Assembly: GCF_006345805.1 (NCBI RefSeq)
Contig: NC_043011.1
Coordinates: 38,948,464 to 39,012,463, forward strand
From: Octopus sinensis
Taxonomy: Eukaryota
Direction: 5' to 3'
Length of the DNA stretch: 64,000 nucleotides
Position numbers and translations under genes: made by a program. Under the pieces are notes generated by a model. It was not told where the DNA came from. It made no database searches and saw only the letters and a list, made by a program, of their open reading frames with translations. Each line of letters opens with the position of its first letter. Positions within the stretch are counted from its first letter, which is position 1. This document shows positions 36,855-50,044 of this stretch, in pieces.

Positions 36855-36940
36855 ATAATAAAGGGTAAAATTTATTAATTCATAATTAATAATTTTACCA
36901 AGTAGTTTGGTACATTAAAATAACCTTTAAGGTAACATTA

Positions 36941-37023
36941 TACAAAAATTCTATAATTATAAGCATAATTATAATTAGCCGACCCCTGATTATAATTATG
37001 CTTATAATTATAGAATTTTTGTA
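36941..37023. repeat. Perfect 35-bp-arm foldback, 13-nt loop
   Basis: TACAAAAATTCTATAATTATAAGCATAATTATAAT (36941-36975) is the exact revcomp of 36989-37023. Confidence 0.95.
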
Positions 37024-38077
37024 CACACACACACACACACACACACATATGTCAGTTTCAATCTTGCTTGCAATGTTATTCAGCGAAACTGGTACATAAT
37101 GGGAAAATACCGTGAATTAAGTTTACCCTGAAATGTTAATTTGAATTGAATGAAATGAGTTCAGATTAATCGGTAAAGTAGTTTTCAAGATATTAGAGAT
37201 TTTCAGGGTATAAATACCCAAAATGGTCCATAATAGGAAAATGTTCTGAAAGTAATCATCCTGAAAGTGATTGGCTGCTATTTCTAGAACACCCTACTAC
37301 CAAGTAACAGCTATTTGCGATAAAGGAGCTGAAATACCTGAAATACATGGTAGCAAGGCATACAAAAAAAAAAAAAAGCAGCCAAATCTGTCCTTTCCTG
37401 GGGAAAGGAACCATTTACGTGTGATTTCGATGTCACATTTGTTGAAAGCATGTGAAATACTCTGGTAAATAAAAAAAAACCCCCACTAAACAAAATGTCG
37501 TTGCTGGGAAACTCAGATTTTCCCGGTGAACCAATGGGTCACGGGTGGTCTAGTATGTGTGTGTGGTGTCCTTGCCTTTGAAACGTGGACTAGTTGAAGC
37601 AGGGACAACTGAAGAAGGGGAATATTCTTTATGTTTATCTCTTTGCCCTCTAAGGGCTGGCTTTGCAAATTTGCAACCCTCAACAGGGGTGTCAAATAGC
37701 AACCACACTTGTTGCATATTTGACCCCACTAGAGATGAATAGCTGGCAAATACTCTGCCAACTCCTTTTCAATTTGAGTCTTTTGAAAGAGGGCGATGGT
37801 GTCGAGCAACTTTGAGTAAGTCCTTAACACCACCATCCTCTCTTCAAAGTCTTTCATCCACTGTTTGGGTGGGACAATCTCCCACTCTGACACAGTGTTG
37901 TTTGTTTTTTCTTTAAAAAAGTTCACAAAAAGCAAAATTTCACAGAGTTCAAAAAAAAAAAAATGCAGGAAGGAAGGAAGAAGACAAGAAACAGTTCAAA
38001 AACACAGCAAACTATTCTGGCCATCCTGGTACTCCTTCTTACCACACAGCCACTCCTGCACCTATATATATATATAT

Positions 38078-38238
38078 TGGCTGTGTGGTAAGTAGCTTGC
38101 TAACCAACCACATGGTTCCGGGTTCAGTCCCACTGCGTGGCATCTTGGGCAAGTGTCTTCTGCTATAGCCCCGGGCCGACCAATGCCTTGTGAGTGGATT
38201 TGGTAGACGGAAACTGAAAGAAGCCTGTCGTATATATG

Positions 38239-38271
<33 letters not shown>

Positions 38272-38480
38272 TTGTGTATCTGTGTTTGTCCCCCTAGCAT
38301 TGCTTGACAACCAATGCTGGTGTGTTTACCTCCCCGTTTACTTAGCGGTTCGGCAAAAGAGACCGATAGAATAAGTACTGGGCTTACAAAGAATAAGTCC
38401 CGGGGTCGATTTGCTCGACTAAAAGGCGGTGCTCCAGCACGGCCGCAGTTAAATGACTGAAACAAGTAAAAGAGAGAGTA
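38078..38480 (+). mobile_element. Family A SINE, young
   Basis: Near-consensus and CpG-rich; same subfamily as 28451. Confidence 0.9.
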
Positions 38481-38840
38481 AGAGTATATATATATAAAAG
38501 TTTTTTTTTGTTACAGTTATTCTCATAGTGAGTGTTTGTGTATTCGTTTATTCTCTTGTTTGTCATTTGACTGTGGCCATGCTGGAGCACTGCCTTAAAG
38601 TCTATTTTCCTGTCGAAGAAATCGACCCCAGGACTTATTCTTTGTACTTATTCACCTGTATGTGTGTGTCTGTATATTTATGTGGATATCATCAACGACT
38701 ATACTTTCAGATCAATCATGCACTTCAATGTGTTAAACCGGAACGACAAACCACTGAATTATAGATATTAAAGTTGTTTTTTTTTGTGTTATATATATAT
38801 ATATATATGAATAATTTGTTTGTTTTACATAGTGTGTATA

Positions 38841-39210
38841 TTCTTTTATACGTTTCAGTCATTTGACTGTGGCCATGCAGGAGTACTCCCTTGAAGGCTT
38901 TTCTAGTCGAAGAAATTAACTCTAGGACTTTTGTTCCATTGGTCTCTTTTTGTCAAACTGCTACGTTACGGGCATCTAAACACACCAACACCAGTTTTCA
39001 AGTGATGGTGAGGCAACACACACACACACACACACCACATATACAAGACGGGCTTCTTTCAGTTTCCATTTACAAAAATCCACTCACAAGGCTTTGGCTG
39101 ACCTGAGGCTGTAGTAGAAGACACTTGCACAAGGGGCTGTGCAGTGAGACTGAACCCAGAAACATGTGGTTGGGAAGCAGGTTTCTTACCACACAACCAT
39201 GCCTGCGCCT
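38841..39210 (-). mobile_element. Family A SINE
   Basis: Revcomp of A tail and head. Confidence 0.8.
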
Positions 39211-39229
39211 ATATACTTGTATGTATGTA

Positions 39230-39259
<30 letters not shown>

Positions 39260-39260
<1 letters not shown>

Positions 39261-39298
39261 CTATATATATATTATATATATATATATATATAGGTTTG

Positions 39299-39329
<31 letters not shown>

Positions 39330-39355
39330 GGTTTGTGTGTGTGTGTGTGTATTAT

Positions 39356-39387
<32 letters not shown>

Positions 39388-39391
39388 GGTT

Positions 39392-39423
<32 letters not shown>

Positions 39424-39485
39424 GGTTTGTGTGTGTGTATATATATATATATATATAGGTTTGTGTGTGTATATATATATATATA
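39260..39485 (+). repeat. Higher-order repeat: five units of (TA)n-GGTTT-(GT)n
   Basis: AGGTTTG anchors at about 39292, 39329, 39387, 39423, 39457. Confidence 0.92.
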
Positions 39486-40686
39486 TGTATACACACACAT
39501 AATATAAAGGTATTGGCGTGTGAATTTGTGTGTATACAGGTATGTGTTAATTTTAGTATATTTTGTAATGTGTGTTGTGTACATGTATGTAACGTACGTA
39601 ATATATATATTGTGTGTATACATGTACACAAGCCCTTACAATGTATATAGATCGCCCACTCCTGCATCATTACAATCAGCTGTGTAATTTAGGTGAAGGT
39701 ATTCTCATGGCTCTCTTGTTCAGGTGGACTGGTAAGAATGACACGTGGATTTCATTTCAATCACCCCCCCTTCTCTACCTGCTTTTTACAATACACCCCC
39801 CCTCTCTCTACATTGCAATGTTCTCAAAAAAAAAATAATAATATACTCATCCTACCACTGCCTGTGGTGTTTTTATTACATATTTTTTCTGGTTTTGATT
39901 TGTTTTTCATTTTCTTTTCGAGTCTTAACCTTTTTGTTACCAACGCTGTCGTTGTTTCAATTAATTTTGAAAATATTGAAGTTAGTTAGGAAGATAAACC
40001 TTGCCATTATTGATTTCAAATTTTGACACAAGGCCAGCAATTTCGTGGGAGGGGTTAAGTTGATTACATCAACCCCAGTACTCAGCTGGTACTTATTTCA
40101 TTGACCCCGAAGGGATGGAAGTTAAAATTGACCTCGTTAGAATTTTGACCTCAGAATGTAAAGGCAGGTGCAATACCATTAAGCATTTTATCCAGCATGC
40201 TAAAAATTCTGCCAGCTCACTGCCTTACCGTTTCATTACCAAACTGGCTCTGGCTCTGAGTAGAAATGTCTTGTTTTCAAAAGTTCTGAATTGAAATCTT
40301 ACACCAAAGACTCTGTAGTTGGGAAGCGAACTTCTTGTGATCCACTCACATCATAAACCCAGTTTAATCAACTTCACCCTCACTGAAGTTATGGCTCTGT
40401 GATATGTAAGGTAGTACCAGTCAAATAGTGGTGTCGATAAGCTTGACTACGTTGTGTTCTCAAAATAACTCGTGACCTTGTGTGCCTAGGTTAAAAATCT
40501 CTCACCCTCCCAAGTTCTTTTCTTTTTTTTTTTTTTGATTTTTTCTTATTTCATCGATGTTCGATGTAGGAACAACAAAGAGATAAAAAGAATTGTTGCA
40601 GTAGAGAAATCTGCTGTTATCTCTTTATGCCACATTTTGGTATAAAAATTTTTTAAAAAATCCATCGGTAAGTAAAAAAGACAAGA

Positions 40687-40718
<32 letters not shown>

Positions 40719-40875
40719 ACCAAAGCAAACAACAAAACATGTTGATGTTGGAATTCCTGCACTCTTTGATGTTTCCAATAACAACTTATGGATTTTGATA
40801 CGGTGGGGGTCTTATAAAAGAAGTTGACAAAATAAAGATAGTGTATATACATGCATACATATATATATACATATA

Positions 40876-40954
<79 letters not shown>

Positions 40955-41133
40955 ATATGCCTACATATGTATGTATGTACATTGTATTATATTTGACACA
41001 GCTGTGTTAAGAAATTTGCGTAACACCTTCAGCAAGTGTCTTGTACTATAACCGTGGGCTAACAAAAGCCTTGTGAATGGATTCGGTAAACTTAAACTGA
41101 TAGGACCTCATTGTGTGTGTGCGTGTGTGTGTG

Positions 41134-41194
<61 letters not shown>

Positions 41195-41221
41195 GCATAT
41201 GTATGTATATATACATACATA

Positions 41222-41320
41222 TTAGGTTGGTACATAGTTATTGCGGCTTTTTTGCAATAAATTTTATTCTACAAAAGCAATAGCAACATTTAACAAAAAA
41301 CATCTTTAGATGGTTATTCT
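41222..41320. mobile_element. Solo mariner end, truncated by a family C SINE
   Basis: TA-TTAGGTTGGTACATAGTTATTGCGGCTTTT resembles the Hsmar1/MADE1-type TIR TTAGGTTGGTGCAAAAGTAATTGCGGTTTT. Confidence 0.65.
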
Positions 41321-41685
41321 TATTTCTTTATTGCCCACAAGGGGCTAAACTTAGAGGGGACAAACAAGGGCAGACACCAGTACGTAACTGGCACTTAATT
41401 TATCGACCCCGAAAGGATGAAAGGCAAAGTCAACCTCGGCGGCATTTGAACTCAGAATGTAACCGCAGAAGAGCTAGGTTCGTTTTATGAGCTCATAAAA
41501 CTTTCAGCTGTTTGAAGCCAAATCAAACTGTTTTTAAGTAATATATGTGCAATCATGGTTGTGTGGTAAGAAATTTGCTTCTGAACCTCATGGTTGCACC
41601 TTGGGCAAATGTCTTCTAGTGTAGCCTCAGCCCAACCAAAGCCTTGTTAGTAGATTTAGTAGATGGAAACTGAAAGAAGTCCTTC

Positions 41686-41722
<37 letters not shown>

Positions 41723-42068
41723 CCAGTACTGCCTGACTGGCCCTCGTGCCAGTGGCATGTAAAAGCACCCACTACACTCTTGGAGCGGTTGGCATTAGGA
41801 AGAGCATCCGGCTGTAGAAAGTCTGCCAGATGAGATTGGAGCCTGGTGCAGCCATCTGGTTCGCTAGTCCTCAGTTAAATCGTCCAATCCATGCTAGCCT
41901 GGAAAGCGGATATTAAATGATGATATATATATATATATATATATAATGTATAAATCTATGTCAGTGTTTGACCCCTCCCCCCCCAACAACTGCTTGACAG
42001 CTGATTGTGTTTTTACATACCCGTACAGGAAAAACAAAACATGTATAGTATCACGATAATGAAATTAG

Positions 42069-42135
42069 CACTGGCTTATCTCACTCTGTCTCGCAGAACC
42101 CTAGGTTTCCAGGGAACCCTGGTTGAGAAACGCTG
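42069..42135. mobile_element. Decayed hAT-like mini element
   Basis: Right end GAACCCTGGTTGAGAAACGCTG followed by CTCTAGAA; left end degenerate. Confidence 0.4.
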
Positions 42136-42373
42136 CTCTAGAAGGGTGTATCATGATTACCTAATGGTAATTAAGACCGGTTTCACTTGAGGAGGAGGAA
42201 ATAATGTCCACATTCAAGAATTCTCTCAAACTGACATGTGATTAAGGAAAAGAACAGGTTTAGTGTCTGGAGATAAGAGGACAATCATGGCCATGTGTTT
42301 CTGGATCAGTAACCATGATCAGCACAACACTGCCTGGCCTTATCTCCAGTAAGCAAAAAGACTTATACAAAAC

Positions 42374-42790
42374 AGGTGTAGGAGTGGCTGTGTGGTAAGT
42401 AGCTTGCTTACGAACCACATGATTCCGGGTTCAGTCCCACTTTGTGGCACCTTGGGCGAGTGTCTTCTATTAAAGCCTCAGGCCAACCAAAGCCTTGTGA
42501 GTGGATTTGATAGACAGAAACTGAAAGAAGCCCGTTGTATATATGTATATATATTTGTATGTGTGTGTATATATTTGTGTGTCTGTGTTTGCTCCCCCCC
42601 CCACATCACTTGACAACTAAAGCTGGTGTGTTTATGTACCTGTAACAACCCGGTTTAGCAAAAGAGACCGATAAAATAAGTACTAGGCTTAGAAAGAATA
42701 AATCCTGGGGTCAATTTGCTTGGCTAAAGGCGGTGCTCCAGCATGGCCACAGTCACATGACTGAAGCAAGTAAAAGAGTAAAGGGTAAAA
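42374..42790 (+). mobile_element. Family A SINE, full length
   Basis: Head, central tract and tail present. Confidence 0.87.
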
Positions 42791-42829
42791 CAGAATAGAA
42801 AGTATGAGAGGTGTATGTTGTCAGTTTAA

Positions 42830-43050
42830 CCCCTTTTGTTTGGATATTTCTGTTGAGATGCTCTGTGTTTCTTTTTAATTAGTTATAAATATAACGAAGA
42901 ATTTAGTAAAATAGCTTAGTTTACATTAAGCTAGTGTTAGGAATGTAAATCGTGATGAAGGTTTAGAAGATTTTGATTCAGAACTTTTGAAAACAAGACA
43001 TTTGTACTACAGAGCCAGAGGTGGTTTCAGGCGGGTTGGTATCAAAAGGG
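42830..43050. mobile_element. piggyBac-like MITE (related copies 62561-62812, 63352-63558; fragments near 40245 and 43106)
   Basis: TTAA-CCCCTTTTG ... GGTATCAAAAGGG-TGAA; shared interior AACAAGACATTTGTACTAC.GAGCCAGAGGTGG. Confidence 0.75.
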
Positions 43051-43149
43051 TGAACTAACCTTAGTATTTAACTGGTATACAGCTATGATGAAGGTAAAAA
43101 TGATTAATCCTTTCGATACCAAGTTGTCCGAGACCGTGTTTGGTTTAAT

Positions 43150-44070
43150 TCATTTCATTCTTTTCCTATAAATTATTTTGATTTCCATCCACTTTCTTTC
43201 CTCTTATTCTTTCTACTCTCCTTCGTTTCATTCGTTGCTCTTTCATTCATTTCATTTTCCTCTCATTTTGCTTCATTTTCATCTAGTTTCTTTCCTCTCA
43301 TTTCTTTCTATTCTCCATTTCATTTGTTGTTCTTTCATTTATTTGATTCTTTAACCATTTCTTTAATTTCATTCATTATATTTTTCCACCTCTCTTTTTC
43401 ATTTAATTTCTTCCTACTTTTATTTCCTCTTATCTTTCTTCTATCCCTTTCATTTCCTCTTTTCTCCTTTCATTCATTTAATTTTTTTGCTCCTTTTCCT
43501 TCATTTTATTCTTTTCTCTTTTTTCCTTTATTTCATTCTTTACTCTCATTAATCCATTTCTCAATTCCACTCTTTTTTCTTTCTACCCCTGTTTCCTTCA
43601 GTCTTTCCCCATTGTCTTTCTCTGTTTCTTTCTTTTCTCTTTCCTTCTTCATTTTCATACTTCCTTTCTCCTGTTTCCTTCATTTCTCTCTCTCACCTCT
43701 CATTTAGGTCCTCACCCTCTTTATCCATTCTACCTATGCTTTCATTAATGTATTTCATTCCTTATCTCCTTCCCACCATTATATTTTTCTACCACATCTT
43801 CCCCCTCCCCACTCAGCCTCTCCACATTTTCTTACACCTTCCTCCTCTTCCATCTCCACCACTGCTGCTGCTTCCACCACCATTTTGGACCCTTATTTTT
43901 TTCTTTCTCATCTCACCTGTTTTGTCTTTCACTTTTCCCTTTTCATTAAATTTCTTTCTTCTGGTCTTCTCCTTCACATGCTGTCAAACTCTTGCTCTTT
44001 CCCTCTCCTTCTCACTCTGTCTTTCCTTTCCTTTTTTCTCTCTCACACATTCCTTTCTCTCTCTCTCATT
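43150..44070 (+). repeat. About 0.9-kb polypyrimidine low-complexity tract
   Basis: Direct reading. Confidence 0.9.
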
Positions 44071-45978
44071 TTGTTCTATGTTTGCTGTCTCTTTTTACGT
44101 GCACACACAAACATATATGTATACACACACACACTATGCATACACACACCCTTTATTGGTTTTTCTTTCATTTGAACTTTTGATTTTGTGCCGCCAACAC
44201 CTTCTTCACATCTAAACCTTGCTTACTAGTAGAAAAGCTTTTAAAATGTTTCCAATACTGATGCGCATGTACACACACATACATACACACACGTATATGT
44301 ACGTGTTTGTGTGTATAATATATTCATGATTCTGCATGTGTGCGCATATGAATACTTGAATTTTATTTTAGTGGGTGGTAATAAAGAAAAAAAAATCACC
44401 TACTTTGTGCGTGTATTAAAAGCAGTATATACACGTATACGTGTGTGTTGGTGGGTGTAATAAACACATTTAAAATTTATATATTTGGGTCTATATCAAA
44501 TTCATATATACACATGCTATACATGTATGTGTATGCATGTGTGGTGTACACACACACTCATCTACACACACGTGCACGCTTACACTTGCAAATCTACATA
44601 ATTTTATACATAAAGTGTACGTATTGAGTATAAATGTGTGTATTATGCATAGTATAATGCATAGTGTGTGTGTATATATATATATATACACACAGATATA
44701 TATATACACACACAGATATATATACACACACACATATATACACACACACATGTATATATACATATATATACTCACATATATATATTCATATATACATATA
44801 TGTGTGTATGTATATATATATACATATATATATACACATATTCATATGTATATATACAGACATGTATATATACACACACACACACACATATATAAATATG
44901 CAAGCATACACATTATACAACATGATAGAACCCTATAATTTTCTGTGTATATCCTCTTTCAATTGTTTGGTTGTGTTCTTTCATCACATGAAATAGATGA
45001 AAGTTATTTCTTCATTTGTATTCATCTTTCCATCTCTCTACATTTTACTTATTTCTTCTCCCTCTCGTGTGTGTATATTTGATTATGCCGAGTCATGTGT
45101 GTATATCGGTGCCACATAAGAAGCGGATGTATGCCGGGTGCCATGCAAAATGCATCCATGCTGGTGCCACATAAAAGCATTTATCTGTGCCAGTGCCGCA
45201 TAGAAAGAACGTGTTTCAAGTGCCATGTGAGAAGCGCTCATGTCAGTGTCATGTGAAAAGCACCTGTGTTTGTGCCATGTGACAGCACTGGTGCTGGTGT
45301 CACATTGAAGGCACTGAGTGCTCTCTGTAAAGTAGTTGGTGTTAGGAAGGGCGTCTAGCTGCAGAAACCATGCCAAAACAGACAATTGGATCTTGGTGCA
45401 GCTCCCCGCCTTGCCAGCTCCCTGTGAAACTGTCCAACCCATTCCAGCATGGAAAAACAGATGCTAAATGATGATGAGGACAATGATGTATATATACATA
45501 TTATCATCATCATCATCATCATCATTTAACACCCTCTTTTCTGTGCTGGCATGGGTTGGGCAGGTTGACAAGAACAGAAGAAACAGAAGGTTTTGCTAGG
45601 TTCTGTACCGGTTTTGATATGGTTTCAACAGCTGGATGCTCTTCCTAATGTCAGCCACTGGACAGAGTGTACTGGGGGGGGGGGGTTTCAATGTGGCACC
45701 AGCACCAGTGAGGTTACCAAGTACTAACAAGATAAGGCACTCTTCAACTGAGTGAGGTATAGACTGGAGGAATAAGAAATTATGATGGAGAGACAGGAGT
45801 AGGTGACTTGTTGAAGAGGTGAATACAAGGCTTGCTCACCTGGAAAGTGAGGAGCTGTGAGGTCCAGGTACAACATGAACATGAGATAGAATAGGACAGA
45901 AGAGCAGGACGCCTGAAAGAGATGGGCTTCAGTTAGAGGCCTGTGAAACTTGAAGTCACATAGAACTGAATCAAACTA

Positions 45979-46333
45979 CAGGGTGGCCATAAGGTGATGG
46001 TGTGGTGTGGCGCAATCAAGTAATTGGACCATTTTATTTTGAGGGCTCTGTGACAGGTGATTCATATCTGGACATGCTTGGCAACATGTGCATTCACTTG
46101 GAAGAGGAAACCGTGTCTGGTTTCAGCAGGATGGGGCTCCACCCTATTATGTATTACAGGTTCGTGATTTTCTGAATGACCATTTTCCAGGGAGATGGCT
46201 CGGGTGATGCGTGCGAATTGAATATTTAGAGCTACATGGCCAACACTTTGAACATTTGTAATGGATTACCTATTTCATTGCTGATAAAACATACTTGATA
46301 TCTCCCATGGTGAGTGACATTGTGGCCACCCTG
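45979..46333 (+). mobile_element. 355-bp Tc1/mariner-superfamily (Tc3-like) deletion derivative
   Basis: TA-CAGGGTGGCCA ... TGGCCACCCTG-TA; frameshifted KVMVWCG, IGPFYFEGSVTGDSYLDML, WFQQDGAPPYY...VRDFLNDHFPGRWLG. Confidence 0.88.
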
Positions 46334-47262
46334 TATTTTAAGTAATACATGTAACCCCTACACAATATGTTGAGTGCCCTTTTCCTTCATTTGTCCCCTC
46401 ACGTGTGTGTGTGTTAATGTTTGTTTTTATGTGATAATAAAAACAATTTTACATAAATCTGTGGAGTTACTCTATACTTTTGTACAGTACAAATTAATCT
46501 TAAACAAGAATGTTGTTGACTGTAACTTTGAAGTTTCAGCCAGTTAAGCTATCATCTGTAACTTTGGAGCCATTGTTTATGCTGTCATTGATGCTGCACA
46601 ACAAATCTGTCTGTCCATGCCCACCTCCTCTGGCTTCTTCAGACAGTTTCCATAGCATGCTAAATGGAAAATGATAGCTAGCTTCTCTTTTCTCCACCCT
46701 CCTCCATTTCTTGGAAGCAAGAAAGACTGGATGGTTCCTGTGATGACCCTAACACAGTGTTGATGTTTTAGTTATTGACTCCCAGAGTGATGAAAGTCAC
46801 AGATGACTTTGGTGAGGATTGAACCCGGAATGCAATGAGCAGCAACTAACTTCAAGACATTTGTCCAATGTTGTAATGTTCTGAGTTTTTAAATGTGAGT
46901 GTGTGTGTGTATGTGTACATGTGTGTGTGTTTGTATTTATACATGTATTTGGTGTAAATTTGTGTGTGTGTATGGTGCAGGAAGTCACTATTGTTTGATA
47001 CTGTGTGTGTAAATGTATATACATCATCATGCAAATACAAACATCAAAGGAGAGACATACACACATGGAGTATATGTACATGTATGTACCTATTTACATA
47101 AACATACGCGCATACACTAATTTTTAGACATGCATGCACATGTAAGCATACATGTAGAAGCATACTCTCTCACACATGTATATATGTAAGCTCAAACACA
47201 CATGTTCTCACATACACGCATAGAATGTGTGTACATAAACATACCTCTTTACACACACACAC

Positions 47263-47304
<42 letters not shown>

Positions 47305-48311
47305 TACACGCACGTGCACACATGTAAACAAAAATACAAAGAGACACACACATGCATATACTCACACACATTTATATATGTGGCATATTCAAATGCTTAC
47401 CCATTTACACGTATGATATGCACTCACACAAACATACTATCTCTTTCTTTCTCCCCCCCCCCTCTCTCTCTCCCTCTCGCATAAATGTAATCATACAGTA
47501 AGGGGGGGAGAGAAAGACACACAGAGACTCGTAAAAAGAAGCTAGAGAAATTTATAGACTGTATCATCTGTTGACATTCTTCTGATCCTTAACAAACAGC
47601 TGTGTGAGCCATGCATTTTCAGGCTTATAGTTAAAATGGTTTTCAGTTAAGTAAAGTAAACATATTCTCTTGTTTGCTATGGCATCGAGGGTGCCAGTTG
47701 TTCGATCAGTCGCATTACCTGGTCATTGGATTGTCTGAGAGTAGCCTGAGTACTCCACAGGCACTTGTACGCTTAACGTTTATTATGAGGCAGAATCAAT
47801 AGAAACTCTGTCTGTGTGTGTGTCTAAGATGATCCACACATACACACATATACTTGCACACTCATATGTGTGTGCCTTGTAGTGTTTGCGTTGGCTTGTT
47901 TACATCCCTGTAACTTAGCAGTTCAGTGTAAAAGAAAGACTGATAAAATAGGTTCCAGATTTAAAATAAGTATCGGGGCAGATTTAATCGATTTAGACCC
48001 TTCAGGATTGGTACCCTGCCTGCTGTGTGCTGGCTGAAGCATGTAAAGAAAGAATTGTGTGTGTGTGTGTATTAAAAAAAATTAGTGTGTTGAGTGAAGA
48101 AAAGAGGAAAGGAAAAACAACAACTGAAAATTCATTGCAAGATTAATTTCCGAGTTGGACCCCATTTTGTATTCTGAGTGGGTCCTTCAACGTTTTCCAA
48201 AGCCAGTGAGTAACAAAATAATGGGTGTGTTTAACCCCTGTATGGCTACAGAGTTCAGTTATTGAAGTCTGTAAATGAAACAGACAGAACATATTGGTTT
48301 CAATTACAACA

Positions 48312-48794
48312 ACCTCAGTGTTCAACTGGTACTTTATTTTATTGAACCCAATGTTCAACTGGTACTTTATTTTATCAACCCCAATACTCAACTGGTACTT
48401 TATTTTATTGACACCAATGCTCAACTGGTACTTATTTTATCGATCCCTATGTGCAACTGGTATGCATTGTTGACCACAGTGCTCAACTGGTACTTATTCA
48501 ATTGACCCCAATGTGCAACTGGTATTTATTTAATTGAACCCAATGCGCACCTGGTACTTATTTAATTGACCCTAGTGCTCAACTGGTACTTATTTAATTG
48601 ACCCCAGTGCTCAACCAGTACTTATTTAATGGACCCCAATGCGCAACTGGTACTTATTTAATTGACCCCAATGTGCAACTGGTACTTATTTAATTGACCC
48701 TAATGTGCAACGGGTACTTATATTATCAACCTCAATGCTCAACTGGTGCTTATTTTATCAACCCCAGTGTGCAACTGGTACTTATATTATCTAC
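48312..48794. repeat. 15 x ~32-bp minisatellite inside a minus-strand family C SINE
   Basis: Unit CCCAATGTGCAACTGGTACTTATTTAATTGAC; continues into CCCAAAAGGATGAAAGGCAAAGTC and the SINE head to about 48915. Confidence 0.93.
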
Positions 48795-49074
48795 CCCAAA
48801 AGGATGAAAGGCAAAGTCATCCTTGGCAAAATTTGAGCTCAGATTATAAAGCCAGATGAAATAGTGCCAAGAATTTTGCCTGGTATGCTAAGAGTTCTGC
48901 CAGTTCTTGGCCTTAAACAGAGAATATATTGATGTTTATTTGTGTACAAATATGTATGTGTGCAATCAATACATGTTTTAGATTATAGCTTTTCACACCT
49001 GTAATTTTTTAGATGTTTGCTGATTGTTTTCTGATTACAAATCTAGTGGTAATCAACAATACTAATTCCATCAC

Positions 49075-49365
49075 CATTTCTCTGCATTGAGAGGCCACTG
49101 CTCCGGGACTTTGGACATGTGATTAGAAATGTTGCAGGGAAGAACTACAAGGTAGATTCTTGGGGCTGAGCCCACCGGCAGGAGACCTAAGGGAAGACCA
49201 AGAGTAATACTATTGGATAATATTTATAGTCCTGGCTGGTCATGTTTGGAAATCCAACCAGAAGTTGTAATGACGGCTGCTTCTGATAGGACCCTGCAGA
49301 AGTGGTGCCTGAGGACTCTACTCCAACAACCATTCCAGGAATAGTAGGAGATAATGGTGACTGGA
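49075..49365 (+). mobile_element. 3' end of an RTE (Expander/Rex3-like) LINE
   Basis: LCIERPLLRDFGHVIR then, after a frameshift, AEPTGRRPKGRPR...WSCLEIQPE...; ends GATGGATGGATAG. Confidence 0.75.
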
Positions 49366-50044
49366 TGGATAGATGGAATATCCATCTATCATCATTCTTT
49401 TGTCTTTGCTATATGCATTTGCCAGTGCTTGTTGTTGTTTAGGCTCGGGTCGGTCCTGGTTGAACCGGTCAGGGAAAAATTGCACCCCTTCCAATACGTG
49501 TCTTTGTCCCATGTACAAGAGTACTTCAGATGATAATTTTAGAATTTATAGAATCCATGGTGTGTTTTGCCAGGTTGATAAGGTATGCCTTTTTTTCTTT
49601 TTGAAAGAGGAATTGGCTGCTATTTCTAGCAGGTTGAAGGACTGAACGCATAGAGGCTCCTTCATAGCTCAACTTAGTTTTTGTGTGTGTGTGTGTGTGC
49701 ATTGGACTACAGTTTCTAAGTGCGTTGTTTTACAACTGATGTGTGTGTGTATGTCAGTTGGAAGGGGCTTGCAATAGTAAAGGCATGTGGCCATAGAAAA
49801 CCTGCCCCACCAAATTTCATCTCATCTATGCAAGCATGGAAAAGTAGAATTCACAATGAAATAATACACATTGGAGTCATGATTTTTGCGAGGAATATGA
49901 TCATCATTGGGATATGACTCTGGAGGAAGCAATTGCAACAAATTCCCTAAAACAAGTCAGAGATCTGTTTGCTGATCTTCCCATTTGGGGTTAGTTGCTT
50001 AAAAGCTATATACTAGCTTAAAAGTTGCTCTATCAGGCAACTTT

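Noticed and set aside
43324-44215. Hydrophobic F/L/S-rich ORFs resembling membrane proteins (also 27536-28227, 53391-53804)
   Set aside because: Artefacts of polypyrimidine low-complexity tracts.
48312-48794. CRISPR-like array of 32-bp repeats
   Set aside because: Units are head-to-tail with no unique spacers, derive from a SINE, and there are no cas genes; the DNA is eukaryotic.
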